This document shows positions 30,522-40,590 of a DNA stretch of 64,000 bases, one piece after another. The stretch comes from an uncultured Thermoplasmatales archaeon (GTDB lineage: Archaea > Thermoplasmatota > E2 > DHVEG-1), in the NCBI GenBank assembly GCA_964615235.1, contig CAZTMK010000012.1:844-64843 (forward strand), written 5' to 3'. Numbering within the stretch: the first letter of the stretch is position 1; each line of letters starts with the position of its first letter. Position numbers and translations under genes: made by a program. Below the pieces are notes generated by a model. The model ran no database searches. It was not told where the DNA came from and saw only the letters and a program-made list of their open reading frames with translations.

Positions 30522-30592
30522 TAATGGAAAAATATTTAAACTTATAAAATAAATAAATATTAAAATAATAAAATAAAATTGGTGCTAATTTA

Positions 30593-31003
30593 ATGACCAG
30601 TGTAGGCGTTTTGGGTAATAAAAGCTTGGAGCAAGCAGTCCAAGAGATATTGAAATCCAGAGCGGCCTCTAGAATTTACCTCTATCTTCTAAGAAAAAAT
30701 GGGGCAAAGGCAGATCAAATTATAAGAGGATCTCATCTTCACCCAAGCACTGTCAGAGAAATCCTTGCCCAGATGTATGATCAGAAACTAATTTATCGTA
30801 AAAAATTAAAAACAGATAACATCGGAAAAAATCCTTACGTGTATTATCCGATTTCTCCCCTTCTTTTAATTAAAAGATACTCAAAAGAAATTGAAGACAG
30901 GCTCAACAAAATTGCCAGATTGGCAAATTTCAAACAAAAAGATGCTAACTATAATCCTGTGAAAATCAAAATATCTGAAGAGGCAAAAACCAATGAACGT
31001 TAG
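30593..31003 (+). CDS. TrmB-like HTH regulator
   Basis: SRIYLYLL...LHPSTVREILAQMY...GKNPYVYYPISP. Confidence 0.85.
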   Translation: MTSVGVLGNKSLEQAVQEILKSRAASRIYLYLLRKNGAKADQIIRGSHLHPSTVREILAQMYDQKLIYRKKLKTDNIGKNPYVYYPISPLLLIKRYSKEIEDRLNKIARLANFKQKDANYNPVKIKISEEAKTNER

Positions 31004-33236
31004 GCCCATTGCTCAAGTTCTTGTCAAACGACCACATGCGGTTCTTATTATATTTACACTTATCACGGCTTTAATAGGCACTCAAGCAACGAATGTTTAC
31101 ATGGTTTCAGATTTTGCTAATTTTCTACCAAAGGACGACACTTCAGTTCAGCTATGGAACAGGATTGACAAAGAATTCCAAATGGGTTACAATATCATCA
31201 TTTACATCGAGGCAGATGATATAAGAGATCCTGATGTTTTAAAGGAGATGGATAGGGTATGTTGCAGCCCGACACTTAATCAGTATGAAAGTGACAAAGG
31301 CAAGATAGACGGAGTAGTTACTGTTAGAAGTTTATCTTCGTTGATCAAAGAGGAAAATGCCAAACCATATCAAATTGGCGGTCTTGGCGGCTCAGGAAAA
31401 AGAGAAATACCTGACGATGAAAAGCTTATTGCTAGATATCTTGCAAGAACCACTGTTCAGGCCTACAAAGGTTCATATTTTACCAACACCTATAAGATAA
31501 GTCTAATTATAATTCAATTGGCGTCAGATGCTGATTATGACGAGATCTTAGAAAAAACAAAAGATGTGATAGAACATAGGGGTACCTATTACTCAGAGAT
31601 GACCATAACTGGAACAGTTGCGATGCAAAAAGCAATCCAGAATATTAGTATGGAATATTTCAGATTGATTTTACCTATTATTATTCTATTGATTTCTGCG
31701 GTATTATTCTTTTTCCACCGATCTCTAAGAGGGATTATTATTACGTTAATGCCTACAGCATATGCAATAATACTTACATTTGGTCTTTTAGGTGCCGTTA
31801 CTCCTGAAATGACTTTGCTTGCAATAGCTGTTGTTGCATTGCTTCTTGGTTTGGGGGTCGACTACTCTATTCATATTATGAATAGATTTGCCGAGGAAAA
31901 ATCAACTGGAGATGAAGTGGATAGAATGGAAAAATTATTGAAATCCACTGGAAAAGCAATACTTCTTTCCTCCATAACAACAATAATCGGTTTTGGATCT
32001 TTGATGATTTCCAGCATGAGTCCTATGATAACATTTGGTTTCGCATGCGCAGTAGGAATTATGTTTTGTTTTATCTGCTCAATCATACTTGCACCAATCC
32101 TGATAGTTATTTTAAGATATGAAAAAAATAGCATTTTTCCGAGTTGGAGCAGTCTTGCGACCTTTGTTATACATAATAAACGACGGATAGCAGTTATTGC
32201 TTGCTTTTTTGCGGTTATGTCAATTATTCTCATCCCACAAATTACAACTGATGTAAACTACTTCGACATGGCACCTGAAGGAATCCCTGAGCTTGAAAAA
32301 CTTCAGGAATATTCAAACAACTTTGGTGGAGGTAACTTCAATGCACTACTGATTGTAACTGATCCCCAAGGATTAACCTATCCTGAAACCATTGATGCTA
32401 TTTATAACATGGAAGAGGAAATGAGAGAGGAAGGAGTTAATGTAAACTCTCTAGCAGATCAGGTAAAGAAGGTAAGTGATGTATTAGAAAGAAATGATAT
32501 AGTAGATCGTTTAAATGATTTCCTGGGTGTTGATACAATTATTTATGATATGGTTGCCGAGTCTGGGTTAGTTTCTGAAGATTTCTCAACTACCATTATC
32601 CTTGTCAATATTCCTCTAGGAAAGAGTATGGAAGAAAACGAAGCAACGGTTAACAAAGTAAATGAAATTGCTGAAAAAGCAGAAATACCACATAATGGCA
32701 GAGTGTCTCAGCTTACAGGTACAGATGCTATAAATGTCGCAATAAATAAAAAACTAACAGACGAACAAACACGTTCAATGATTGTTGCTTTACTTCTAGT
32801 TCTAGCATCATTAATAGTTATATTCGGCTCCTCCATCTATGGTTTCCTGACTATGATACCAGTCGGATTTCTTTTGATGTGGGAGCCTGGATTTCTCGTA
32901 GGACTAAATGTTCCATTATCAGTTTTTACTATCTCCATTGCATCAATTATGATAGGGATTGGTATAGATTATGGAGTTCATATAACTCACAGAGTGCGCG
33001 AGGGGTTGGAGGAAGGGCTTTCAAAAACAGAGGCAACAAAGGTTGCTATAGAAAAAACCGGTCTTTCTTTAGTCGAGGCCGCTGCAACTACAATTGCCGG
33101 TACTGCTTCTATTTTCTTTATAGATATCTCAGCACTTCAGCAATTTTCCTTACTAATAATTGTAATGGTAGCGTTGTCAGTAGTTGGTGCGGTATTTATT
33201 CTACCAGCATTTTACGATTTCAAGTTTGTTAAATAA
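30993..33236 (+). CDS. RND/MMPL-family (HAE3-like) exporter
   Basis: Two repeats with GLGVDYSIH and GIGIDYGVH; about 12 TM. Confidence 0.92.
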   Translation: MNVRPIAQVLVKRPHAVLIIFTLITALIGTQATNVYMVSDFANFLPKDDTSVQLWNRIDKEFQMGYNIIIYIEADDIRDPDVLKEMDRVCCSPTLNQYESDKGKIDGVVTVRSLSSLIKEENAKPYQIGGLGGSGKREIPDDEKLIARYLARTTVQAYKGSYFTNTYKISLIIIQLASDADYDEILEKTKDVIEHRGTYYSEMTITGTVAMQKAIQNISMEYFRLILPIIILLISAVLFFFHRSLRGIIITLMPTAYAIILTFGLLGAVTPEMTLLAIAVVALLLGLGVDYSIHIMNRFAEEKSTGDEVDRMEKLLKSTGKAILLSSITTIIGFGSLMISSMSPMITFGFACAVGIMFCFICSIILAPILIVILRYEKNSIFPSWSSLATFVIHNKRRIAVIACFFAVMSIILIPQITTDVNYFDMAPEGIPELEKLQEYSNNFGGGNFNALLIVTDPQGLTYPETIDAIYNMEEEMREEGVNVNSLADQVKKVSDVLERNDIVDRLNDFLGVDTIIYDMVAESGLVSEDFSTTIILVNIPLGKSMEENEATVNKVNEIAEKAEIPHNGRVSQLTGTDAINVAINKKLTDEQTRSMIVALLLVLASLIVIFGSSIYGFLTMIPVGFLLMWEPGFLVGLNVPLSVFTISIASIMIGIGIDYGVHITHRVREGLEEGLSKTEATKVAIEKTGLSLVEAAATTIAGTASIFFIDISALQQFSLLIIVMVALSVVGAVFILPAFYDFKFVK

Positions 33237-33245
33237 GTTTCTATA

Positions 33246-33935
33246 TTAAGATACAACTTCTTTTCCCAATGTCATGATTCCCTGCTTACTGCCAACTATT
33301 ACTTCGTCGACAAGACCAATAAATAATCCGTTTTCAACAACTCCAGGAATATTGTTTATTTCTTTTTCGAGACCCTCGGGGTCATTGATCCGATCGAATT
33401 CACAATCCAAAATATAATTTGAATTATCTGTAATGTATGGCTCACCCATTATTTTTCTTAGTTCTACTGTACACCCGAATTCTTCAAGTGCTTTTTTTGT
33501 TGAACCCCATGCAAATTTTACTACCTCAACGGGAAGAGGAAAATCAATACCAAGAGCTTTTACAATTTTTGATTCATCGATTACTATTATTACCTTTTTA
33601 GAATGATATGCAATTATTTTCTCTCGTGTGAGTGCACCACCACCACCTTTAATTAAATTTAAGCGGGAATCTACTTCATCTGCACCGTCGATAGTAAGAT
33701 CAATTTCTGGGTTATCCTCAAATGTTGTTAATGGTATCTTATATTCGTTTGCAATTTTTCTAGTGTGCATTGATGTTGGAATTCCCTTTATATCCAAACC
33801 TCGTTGTACGAGTTCTCCAATTTTTTGTAAAACATATTTGACAGTGGAGCCAGTTCCCAGACCAAGAACCATCCCATCTGAAATATATTCTGCTGCTTTT
33901 TCCCCTGCCAATTTTTTTAATTCCTCTTGATCCAA
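33246..33935 (-). CDS. rpiA: Ribose-5-phosphate isomerase A
   Basis: GLGTGST, DGADEVD, IKGGGGALTREK, PGVVENGLF. Confidence 0.97.
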   Translation of the reverse strand: MDQEELKKLAGEKAAEYISDGMVLGLGTGSTVKYVLQKIGELVQRGLDIKGIPTSMHTRKIANEYKIPLTTFEDNPEIDLTIDGADEVDSRLNLIKGGGGALTREKIIAYHSKKVIIVIDESKIVKALGIDFPLPVEVVKFAWGSTKKALEEFGCTVELRKIMGEPYITDNSNYILDCEFDRINDPEGLEKEINNIPGVVENGLFIGLVDEVIVGSKQGIMTLGKEVVS

Positions 33936-34051
33936 TGATTCACCACACCTGTAATCCTAATATTATTCAATAATGTTTGCACATTACTTTCAAAATCTAA
34001 TAAAAATTTTTTATATGCTTGATAAATAAAGAAAAAGAAAGAGGTTATTGG

Positions 34052-37000
34052 TTAGAACGGGTATCTTAAGTAAAGGGATCTTCCTAGAAGGAAAGCGTCT
34101 TCACTAAAGCTAACATCGTCAACCTTTACATTTACCATTACACTGCCAAAACCAAATAAATTTCCACTGTTTATATCAATACTGTCACCTGACTGTAATT
34201 GATTTATATTTCCTGATGTACTAGCACCAGCAAGTATTATGCCATTAAGAAACGGTATGCCATAAATGCGTTCAATTGTATTATCCGAAATTAAAGTAAT
34301 TTGCCAGTCTATATTGGATAATTGGGTCGTTCCGCCGTTTGTAATTGTAGCTATAATGGTTTTTTTATCATTTGTTACATCTACGTTTTCAATAAAAATC
34401 GAGGAAGTTGAACCAAATATTTTTGCGTAAAGATTCCCGTCTGTCTTTGACCAAACCATTGCATCATTGCAAACATCGAAGATATCGTTGGTATCAAGAT
34501 CATTGATTCCTGATACCGGCTCTTGCTCTGACCAGTTAATACCATTTGTACTATGACTTTTAATTATTTGCGCTCCACGTATGAAATAACAATCAAATGA
34601 ACCGTCTTCATTGGCTACGACTTCTGGCTTTTCTCCATTTGTTGTAATTAGATGATTAAATGACCACAAATCACCGTTGGACGAATAGGACGAATAAATA
34701 TTATCATCATCTTCATAAACCAATACGGCTCTGCCGTTGTAAGCTCCGAAGTCTAAATTTTTCCCTTCAAATGGACCTATAAAACCTAAGTCCAGACTAT
34801 CTCCTGGAGTTTCGGGATGAAGTGCCCTTATCAGATATGCACCAGATGCGTGCTCAAAACCAAAGAAATTGTAGTGGGTGGAATGGTCAACCGCTCCGAC
34901 TAGATTATAAATATTTTCCAGACCGGGCAAGAATGTTGTGTAGTCACTCGTACTGACCGAAAAAACTGGTATTTGAATTAGATTTTCATCAAGATAGTCA
35001 CATGTCATCATTGAAATATATTGAATGTCGTTATCAAAATAATCTCCGTTGATAGCGCAACCATTTTTACCATATTCTACGGTTGTTTTAGATGAACTTG
35101 AATAAGTTCGAACTTCCCAGGAATTTTCATTTGTCATATCACTCATTATCAATATATCAAAATCACTGCCTATGCCATTGTATTGGCATCCAACAGCGAT
35201 ATTATCGATACCACAGTAGCTGACAGATTGGTGTACAATCTCATCATTGCCATTTGGCAAAAGTAGCTCATTCCAAACAGCTCCGCCTCTTGAGTATGCA
35301 AATCCACTATGCCAAACAGGACCTGTATATGTCTGTTCTTGACGCGCATATCCTGTGAGGAAGTTTCCGTTACCATTTGAAGTTAAACTTTCTGGTTTTT
35401 TATCTAAAAGCGCGTTTTTAGTTATCTGGTAATCGTTTGAAAAGGTAGAATCCAATATCGACGTTTCGGTTTTTAGCTGCTCGGTTTTTTGTAATACAAA
35501 TCCAGGTTTTTCCTCGGTATCTTGTGACGAATCTGACATTTCTCTTAAATCTAGCGAAGCAGAATTAGAATAACCCCCAATCTTAAGGGTTGGATCTCCA
35601 AGTAGAATCATCTCCTCAACGGTTTTTGTATTGCTTTGACCTATGGGTGAAAAATGAGTTATATAGCTATTGAGAGCCTGGGTAAATGTTTCACCTAAAA
35701 TGTCAATATTTTCCTCGAAGCATAACCTGAAAAATTCTGGCCATAGCCAACCACCGTATCTTTCTGTATTTTCGCTGCCTATTCCTCCATATCCCATTGC
35801 AGCAGGACCCACTGTTGCAATAGATCCACCTTCTGGTAATCTAGTCAGCCACCAACCTAGGCATTCAGGTGCCCAAGATCCGCTTTTTGCACTATATGTG
35901 TTGGATATAGGATCAATTAAAAGTCTCAATAAGCTACAATCAATAGCTAGCGGGTGACAACCGCTTAATACAGTTATCGGAAGTTTATTGCCGTTTTTAA
36001 GTTGATCAAGAGGAAAGAGTGGAGGTGTAAAACCACCCTGACTTATTTGATATAGTCCATCAACTGACCCGTGTTTACGGCCACCGGGTATGCCTGGATA
36101 ATGATTGCCCCATGACATTGGATTTGCGTGCCCCTCAAAATAAGCAAATCCACAACCTTCGTTTAACGCCGATAGAACATCGTCGATATCATTAAAATCA
36201 CCAGTAGAAGTCCAGAGCTTGACTGCTTGAAAATCATCTGGGAAATACTCAAGAGTTTTTTTCATTACAGGTTCCCCTTCAAACCAGACTTCAACATCTT
36301 CAACTGTCCAGTCTGCATCAGGAACCAGTTGTCCTCCACTATCGGTAATCCATACATGAAGTTCAGTAAATGATCCTTCTGGGTTTGGTTGGGGATCGTA
36401 CGATTTTCCCTTGATATACATAACCCCATCCAGATATTCAATAGATGTCCATCTGTCTCCCTCGTATGCTCCACGCGGTTTGTTTACATAAACGTCGGTC
36501 GTGCCAAGAATATCTTCCTCTGAAGGAACTGTAATTTCTGCAACCGGCGGAAAAGGATAACTTAAACCTGTAGTAATGTAGTCTTCCTCAGAAAAAGTGA
36601 CGACGGATTGCAGGGTATTATCAACATATACTGTTACCTTGTTTTCAGGCCCAGTAATGTTATGTTTATTCTTACTTTGTGCATGTATGGTATATTCTCC
36701 GTTTTGTAGTACTGATACATCCCAAGGTATGTTCCACTCTGGGAAATCGGCGAAATCGTCCCCTGTTGCTGTTAGCACTGTTTTAAACCAATCTTCATTT
36801 GTATTATCGCTATTTTCATAATTTATTATTTTGTCAACCATTGTCTTTGCTTCTTTTTCATGACGACATGCTAAACGTCCAAGGTAAACGTCAGGGACAA
36901 GATCAAGCTCGTCATATCCATACCAATCCCATTCACCAAATCTGCCGTTACCATTTGAATCCCAATCACAAAATTCCTTTCCCGTTAATGGATTGTAATA

Positions 37001-37927
37001 ATAGATATCAGCATAGTAAATATCCGATGGATAATCGGTGTCATCTCCACCACCGGTATTTAGATACACATGTCTTATTGGAAATTGCAGTTTGGGATTA
37101 TTAAGGCCAAGAAAACTCCTGTATCCTCCTACCAAGAGTACATATTCAATGCCCCAATTTTCAATAGCATCTTTTATGTAATATTTGATTTTCTCTTGAG
37201 TATCACGTCCTTGACCGTTAATTTCATCCAGTAACGTTACCTTCGTTCTTATTCCAAGGTTATTTTTATGATTTGATAGTCGGTTCATCTCATTTTCATA
37301 TGCTGGTGCAGTTATAATCAAAAAATCATACACATCGGCTTCGACAACAGGTTCTGCCGGAGAATTATATGTAATTTCTAATTCTGCATTTTGTATATAG
37401 TTGATTTCATCTTTTAACGGAGAATAGCGTACAGGATAAATGTTAATAGAAACAATTAACTTTCTTTGTTTATCTTTTGTCAACCCTACAAAAGTGTTAT
37501 ACGAATGCCATTCGGTTGGATAAAAATTGGATGATTTATAGATACTTTCATAAGTTACAATACCTCCTACTTCTCCAGAACCATCTAAAGTTAAAGCAGA
37601 AGAAACTGGTTTTATTTTTGCAGATAAACCTTGGCTAATCGGATTATTACAATTCAATATTATCTTTTCTATTGTAGTTCCAAGAGGAAAATCTAACACC
37701 AGTTGATAAACAGGTATTATTGGCATTCCAGGTTCAAAATGTATATTTTCTGTTTCCTCCATAGATATTTTAATAAATTCCCCATCCGGCTCAATTGTAG
37801 GTTTTGAAAATTTAATTTTTTTTACATATATGTTATTGGCGTTTGGCTGTTCACCAGCGTCAATTATTGAAACAGCACTTAAAAAAAACAGTGCTACTAC
37901 AAGTATTGTAATTATTTTTTCCTTCAT
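34052..37927 (-). CDS. Large secreted C25 peptidase with Ig-like insertion, BNR/propeller-like region and C-terminal domain
   Basis: Signal peptide, propeptide, YVLLVGG, PDVYLGRL, FEGHANP, SGCHP, LLGDPTLKIGGY; S.NG..W (BNR-like) motifs. Confidence 0.9.
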   Translation of the reverse strand: MKEKIITILVVALFFLSAVSIIDAGEQPNANNIYVKKIKFSKPTIEPDGEFIKISMEETENIHFEPGMPIIPVYQLVLDFPLGTTIEKIILNCNNPISQGLSAKIKPVSSALTLDGSGEVGGIVTYESIYKSSNFYPTEWHSYNTFVGLTKDKQRKLIVSINIYPVRYSPLKDEINYIQNAELEITYNSPAEPVVEADVYDFLIITAPAYENEMNRLSNHKNNLGIRTKVTLLDEINGQGRDTQEKIKYYIKDAIENWGIEYVLLVGGYRSFLGLNNPKLQFPIRHVYLNTGGGDDTDYPSDIYYADIYYYNPLTGKEFCDWDSNGNGRFGEWDWYGYDELDLVPDVYLGRLACRHEKEAKTMVDKIINYENSDNTNEDWFKTVLTATGDDFADFPEWNIPWDVSVLQNGEYTIHAQSKNKHNITGPENKVTVYVDNTLQSVVTFSEEDYITTGLSYPFPPVAEITVPSEEDILGTTDVYVNKPRGAYEGDRWTSIEYLDGVMYIKGKSYDPQPNPEGSFTELHVWITDSGGQLVPDADWTVEDVEVWFEGEPVMKKTLEYFPDDFQAVKLWTSTGDFNDIDDVLSALNEGCGFAYFEGHANPMSWGNHYPGIPGGRKHGSVDGLYQISQGGFTPPLFPLDQLKNGNKLPITVLSGCHPLAIDCSLLRLLIDPISNTYSAKSGSWAPECLGWWLTRLPEGGSIATVGPAAMGYGGIGSENTERYGGWLWPEFFRLCFEENIDILGETFTQALNSYITHFSPIGQSNTKTVEEMILLGDPTLKIGGYSNSASLDLREMSDSSQDTEEKPGFVLQKTEQLKTETSILDSTFSNDYQITKNALLDKKPESLTSNGNGNFLTGYARQEQTYTGPVWHSGFAYSRGGAVWNELLLPNGNDEIVHQSVSYCGIDNIAVGCQYNGIGSDFDILIMSDMTNENSWEVRTYSSSSKTTVEYGKNGCAINGDYFDNDIQYISMMTCDYLDENLIQIPVFSVSTSDYTTFLPGLENIYNLVGAVDHSTHYNFFGFEHASGAYLIRALHPETPGDSLDLGFIGPFEGKNLDFGAYNGRAVLVYEDDDNIYSSYSSNGDLWSFNHLITTNGEKPEVVANEDGSFDCYFIRGAQIIKSHSTNGINWSEQEPVSGINDLDTNDIFDVCNDAMVWSKTDGNLYAKIFGSTSSIFIENVDVTNDKKTIIATITNGGTTQLSNIDWQITLISDNTIERIYGIPFLNGIILAGASTSGNINQLQSGDSIDINSGNLFGFGSVMVNVKVDDVSFSEDAFLLGRSLYLRYPF

Positions 37928-38242
37928 TTTATATTACCTCCCTATACTGTCCTTCGTAAACCAAATTACGGCACTTTTGTTTTTATGTTGATTAATTTTA
38001 TCAACACTAATCTATGCTTAAAAGGACAGCTTTGGTCTTCTGGTATCCTTTTTATATTTTATATTATATTTGTTATATTATATAAGATTAGTCCCATTCA
38101 AATATCGTTTTTTAAAAAATATTTTTTAACAATTTTTATCTTTGTTCAACTTTTAGCGATATTTATTTAATTATTGTTAATAACGATTACTTAGAGGTGT
38201 ACAAAAATTTATACTTATCATTTGAATTACAGGGTTGATAAA

Positions 38243-38911
38243 ATGCTATCTGAATGTGAGGAACATGGTTATTTCAGAGGCGAAACGTGCCCTGTATGCA
38301 ATGAAAAAGGGAAATTTTTAATGAATGATAAAGAGCTTAATTCTTTAAGCAGAATTATGGCTGGGGCATTGCGTCATTTTCCAGATAAACTTGGTCTTAT
38401 GATGGATGGAAAAGGCTGGGTTGATATTTCTTCATTGATTGATGCAATAGGTACCAGTAGATCTGGTTTTAATTGGTTACGAGCACATCACATTGAAGCT
38501 TTGGTTTCCACTGACTCAAGAGGAAGATATCAAATTGATGGAGGAATGATTAGAGCCACCTATGGTCATACTATTGATGTTACTCTTGACGATCTTCCTT
38601 CTGCCGATCTTGATGAATATTTTTATCCGGTAACAGAAGAGGAAGCTGACATAATAATAGAGGGGGGTCTGCATCCCATAGATCGAAAAAAGGTTCATTT
38701 AAGCGGAAGTATTGAAAAAGCCATCGAGGCCGGGAGAGTTCGTACTGAGGACCCTTTAATATTAAGAATTGATGGGGTTAAAACTCGCAAGGACGGTATT
38801 GAAATTTATCATGCTGGAACTGATGTATATATTACAGAAAAAATTGAAGCAAAATACATATCAAAGGTTGAAGATAAGATAGTTAAAAAGATATTAACCG
38901 GAAAAAATTAA
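38243..38911 (+). CDS. kptA: RNA 2'-phosphotransferase (Tpt1/KptA) with N-terminal Zn ribbon
   Basis: CEEH...CPVC, ALRHFP, IRATYGHT, VHLS. Confidence 0.92.
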   Translation: MLSECEEHGYFRGETCPVCNEKGKFLMNDKELNSLSRIMAGALRHFPDKLGLMMDGKGWVDISSLIDAIGTSRSGFNWLRAHHIEALVSTDSRGRYQIDGGMIRATYGHTIDVTLDDLPSADLDEYFYPVTEEEADIIIEGGLHPIDRKKVHLSGSIEKAIEAGRVRTEDPLILRIDGVKTRKDGIEIYHAGTDVYITEKIEAKYISKVEDKIVKKILTGKN

Positions 38912-38950
38912 TAACTGTTTTTCATTTTTCGGGTTCCCGATTTTTTTAAT

Positions 38951-39024
38951 GGGCTTGTAGCTCAGCTAGGCAGAGCAATCGGCTCTTAACCGATTGGCCA
39001 GGGGTTCGAATCCCCTCAAGCCCG
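38951..39024 (+). tRNA. tRNA-Lys (CTT)
   Basis: GGGCTTG/CAAGCCC stem, AATCGG-CTCTTAA-CCGATT arm, GGTTCGAATCC. Confidence 0.96.
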
Positions 39025-39036
39025 TTTGTTGATTAT

Positions 39037-39138
39037 TTATAATCCAAAATAGGATAAATCGATATTTTCCCAATCTTTGAAATCATAGATTCCATGTGAT
39101 CCGTCAGAATAATCTAGGATGTCGTGAATATTCGTATT
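39037..39138 (-). pseudogene. C-terminal remnant of a paralog of the 6303-7820 metalloprotease
   Basis: Translates NTNIHDILDYSDGSHGIYDFKDWENIDLSYFGL*, matching KLVDYSDGSREEPDIDDWSRIDYHYFDMLG*; in-frame stop upstream and no start codon. Confidence 0.75.
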
Positions 39139-39220
39139 TTAGACTAGAAAAATTGCATCCAAAATATTTCTATTAGAAAAACTTTATAAAATTTTAAATC
39201 TTTATTTATCTTGAATTAAA

Positions 39221-40522
39221 ATGAAAAAACATTCAAAGCTAATTTCCATCCTAGTAATTGTCTTTATGATCATATCATCTACGATTACGATTTCCATTGC
39301 ATCCTCTCAGTCATTAAAACATCCAGATAGTTCAGAAAATCTTATAACAAGTTTTCATAACTCTTCTAAAATAATGTTAATATTAAGCAAGATTGATGAG
39401 GATTTATTAAGATCATACCTGGAGCCTCTTGTGGCTTTTAGTCCAAGATATACTGGAACATATGGCTGTGAAAAATCAGCAAAATTTATTTTTCAGCAGT
39501 TCGATCAAATGGGTCTTAAAACCAGATATCAAAACTGGACATCATTTGGTAATATATATCATAGAAGATTATTTACAAGCCAAAATGTTGAAGCCACTCT
39601 TGAAGGTAAAGATGATAAGATCGTTATCTTTAATGCCCATTACGATACAGTAAAATTTGCTCCCGGTGCGAATGATGACGGTTCAGGGACGGCAGCGGTT
39701 CTTGCTGCAGCATACGTTCTGGGTCAACACGAATTCAACCATACCTTAAAATTTGTCACATTCTCTGGGGAGGAAGTGGGGCTTGTTGGAAGCCAAGTTT
39801 ATGCAAAAGAAGCCTATGATCGCTCAGATGACATAATTTTGGAAATCAACGCTGATATGATCGGAAGAGCTACAACCACTGAAACTGGAAGAAGAATGGG
39901 AATAAGTGCAACAACTGATGCATACTGGGTGCAGGATCTCTTTGAAATTTCAAGCAATGTTTGCGATTTGAAAATGAATATTAATAAAAACACAATTATT
40001 CGAGATAGTCGCGGTTATAGTGATTACCATTCTTTTGTTGAATATGGTTATGAGGCTGTTGCTTGTTGGCAAGGAGAAGGCGATCCAAATATGCACAAAT
40101 GGGGGGATGATTTGAGCAATGTTAATTTCAGTTATTTGGTAAATACTACAAAAATGATTGTAAGCGTAATGGCATTGCTTGCCGATACAAATGAACTTCC
40201 CCCACAAGTTAGAATAGAATCACCTAAAATAGGTAATGTATACCACAAGGATACAAAGATTTGTAACATTGGTGGCTTGACAACTATAGTACTAAAAGGA
40301 ATATGGATATGGGCTGATGTAAAGTATTCTCCTTCTAGGATTACTAAGGCAGAATTTTATTACGATGGAAAATTGGTTCACATCGATACAGAACCGGCCT
40401 ATAACTGGTATTGTAACAAAATCTCGCTTCGAAACCATGTCGTTAAGGTAATTGTATATGATGATCAAGGAAGAGAATATTCTGACTGGGTAAAGATGTT
40501 TTTTATCAACTTTAAAGAATAA
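39221..40522 (+). CDS. Secreted M28 peptidase with C-terminal Ig-like domain
   Basis: NAHYDT, PGANDDGSG, FSGEEVGLVGS, NADMIG, SDYHSF. Confidence 0.92.
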   Translation: MKKHSKLISILVIVFMIISSTITISIASSQSLKHPDSSENLITSFHNSSKIMLILSKIDEDLLRSYLEPLVAFSPRYTGTYGCEKSAKFIFQQFDQMGLKTRYQNWTSFGNIYHRRLFTSQNVEATLEGKDDKIVIFNAHYDTVKFAPGANDDGSGTAAVLAAAYVLGQHEFNHTLKFVTFSGEEVGLVGSQVYAKEAYDRSDDIILEINADMIGRATTTETGRRMGISATTDAYWVQDLFEISSNVCDLKMNINKNTIIRDSRGYSDYHSFVEYGYEAVACWQGEGDPNMHKWGDDLSNVNFSYLVNTTKMIVSVMALLADTNELPPQVRIESPKIGNVYHKDTKICNIGGLTTIVLKGIWIWADVKYSPSRITKAEFYYDGKLVHIDTEPAYNWYCNKISLRNHVVKVIVYDDQGREYSDWVKMFFINFKE

Positions 40523-40590
40523 TATTAAACATAAATTTTTTTTAGATAGACTTATATTTAGGTTAATATTACGCTAATTAGCGTTGGAGG

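Noticed and set aside
37985..38170. 61-aa hydrophobic ORF
   Set aside because: Low-complexity AT-rich promoter region overlapping the structured leader; hydrophobicity is explained by T-richness
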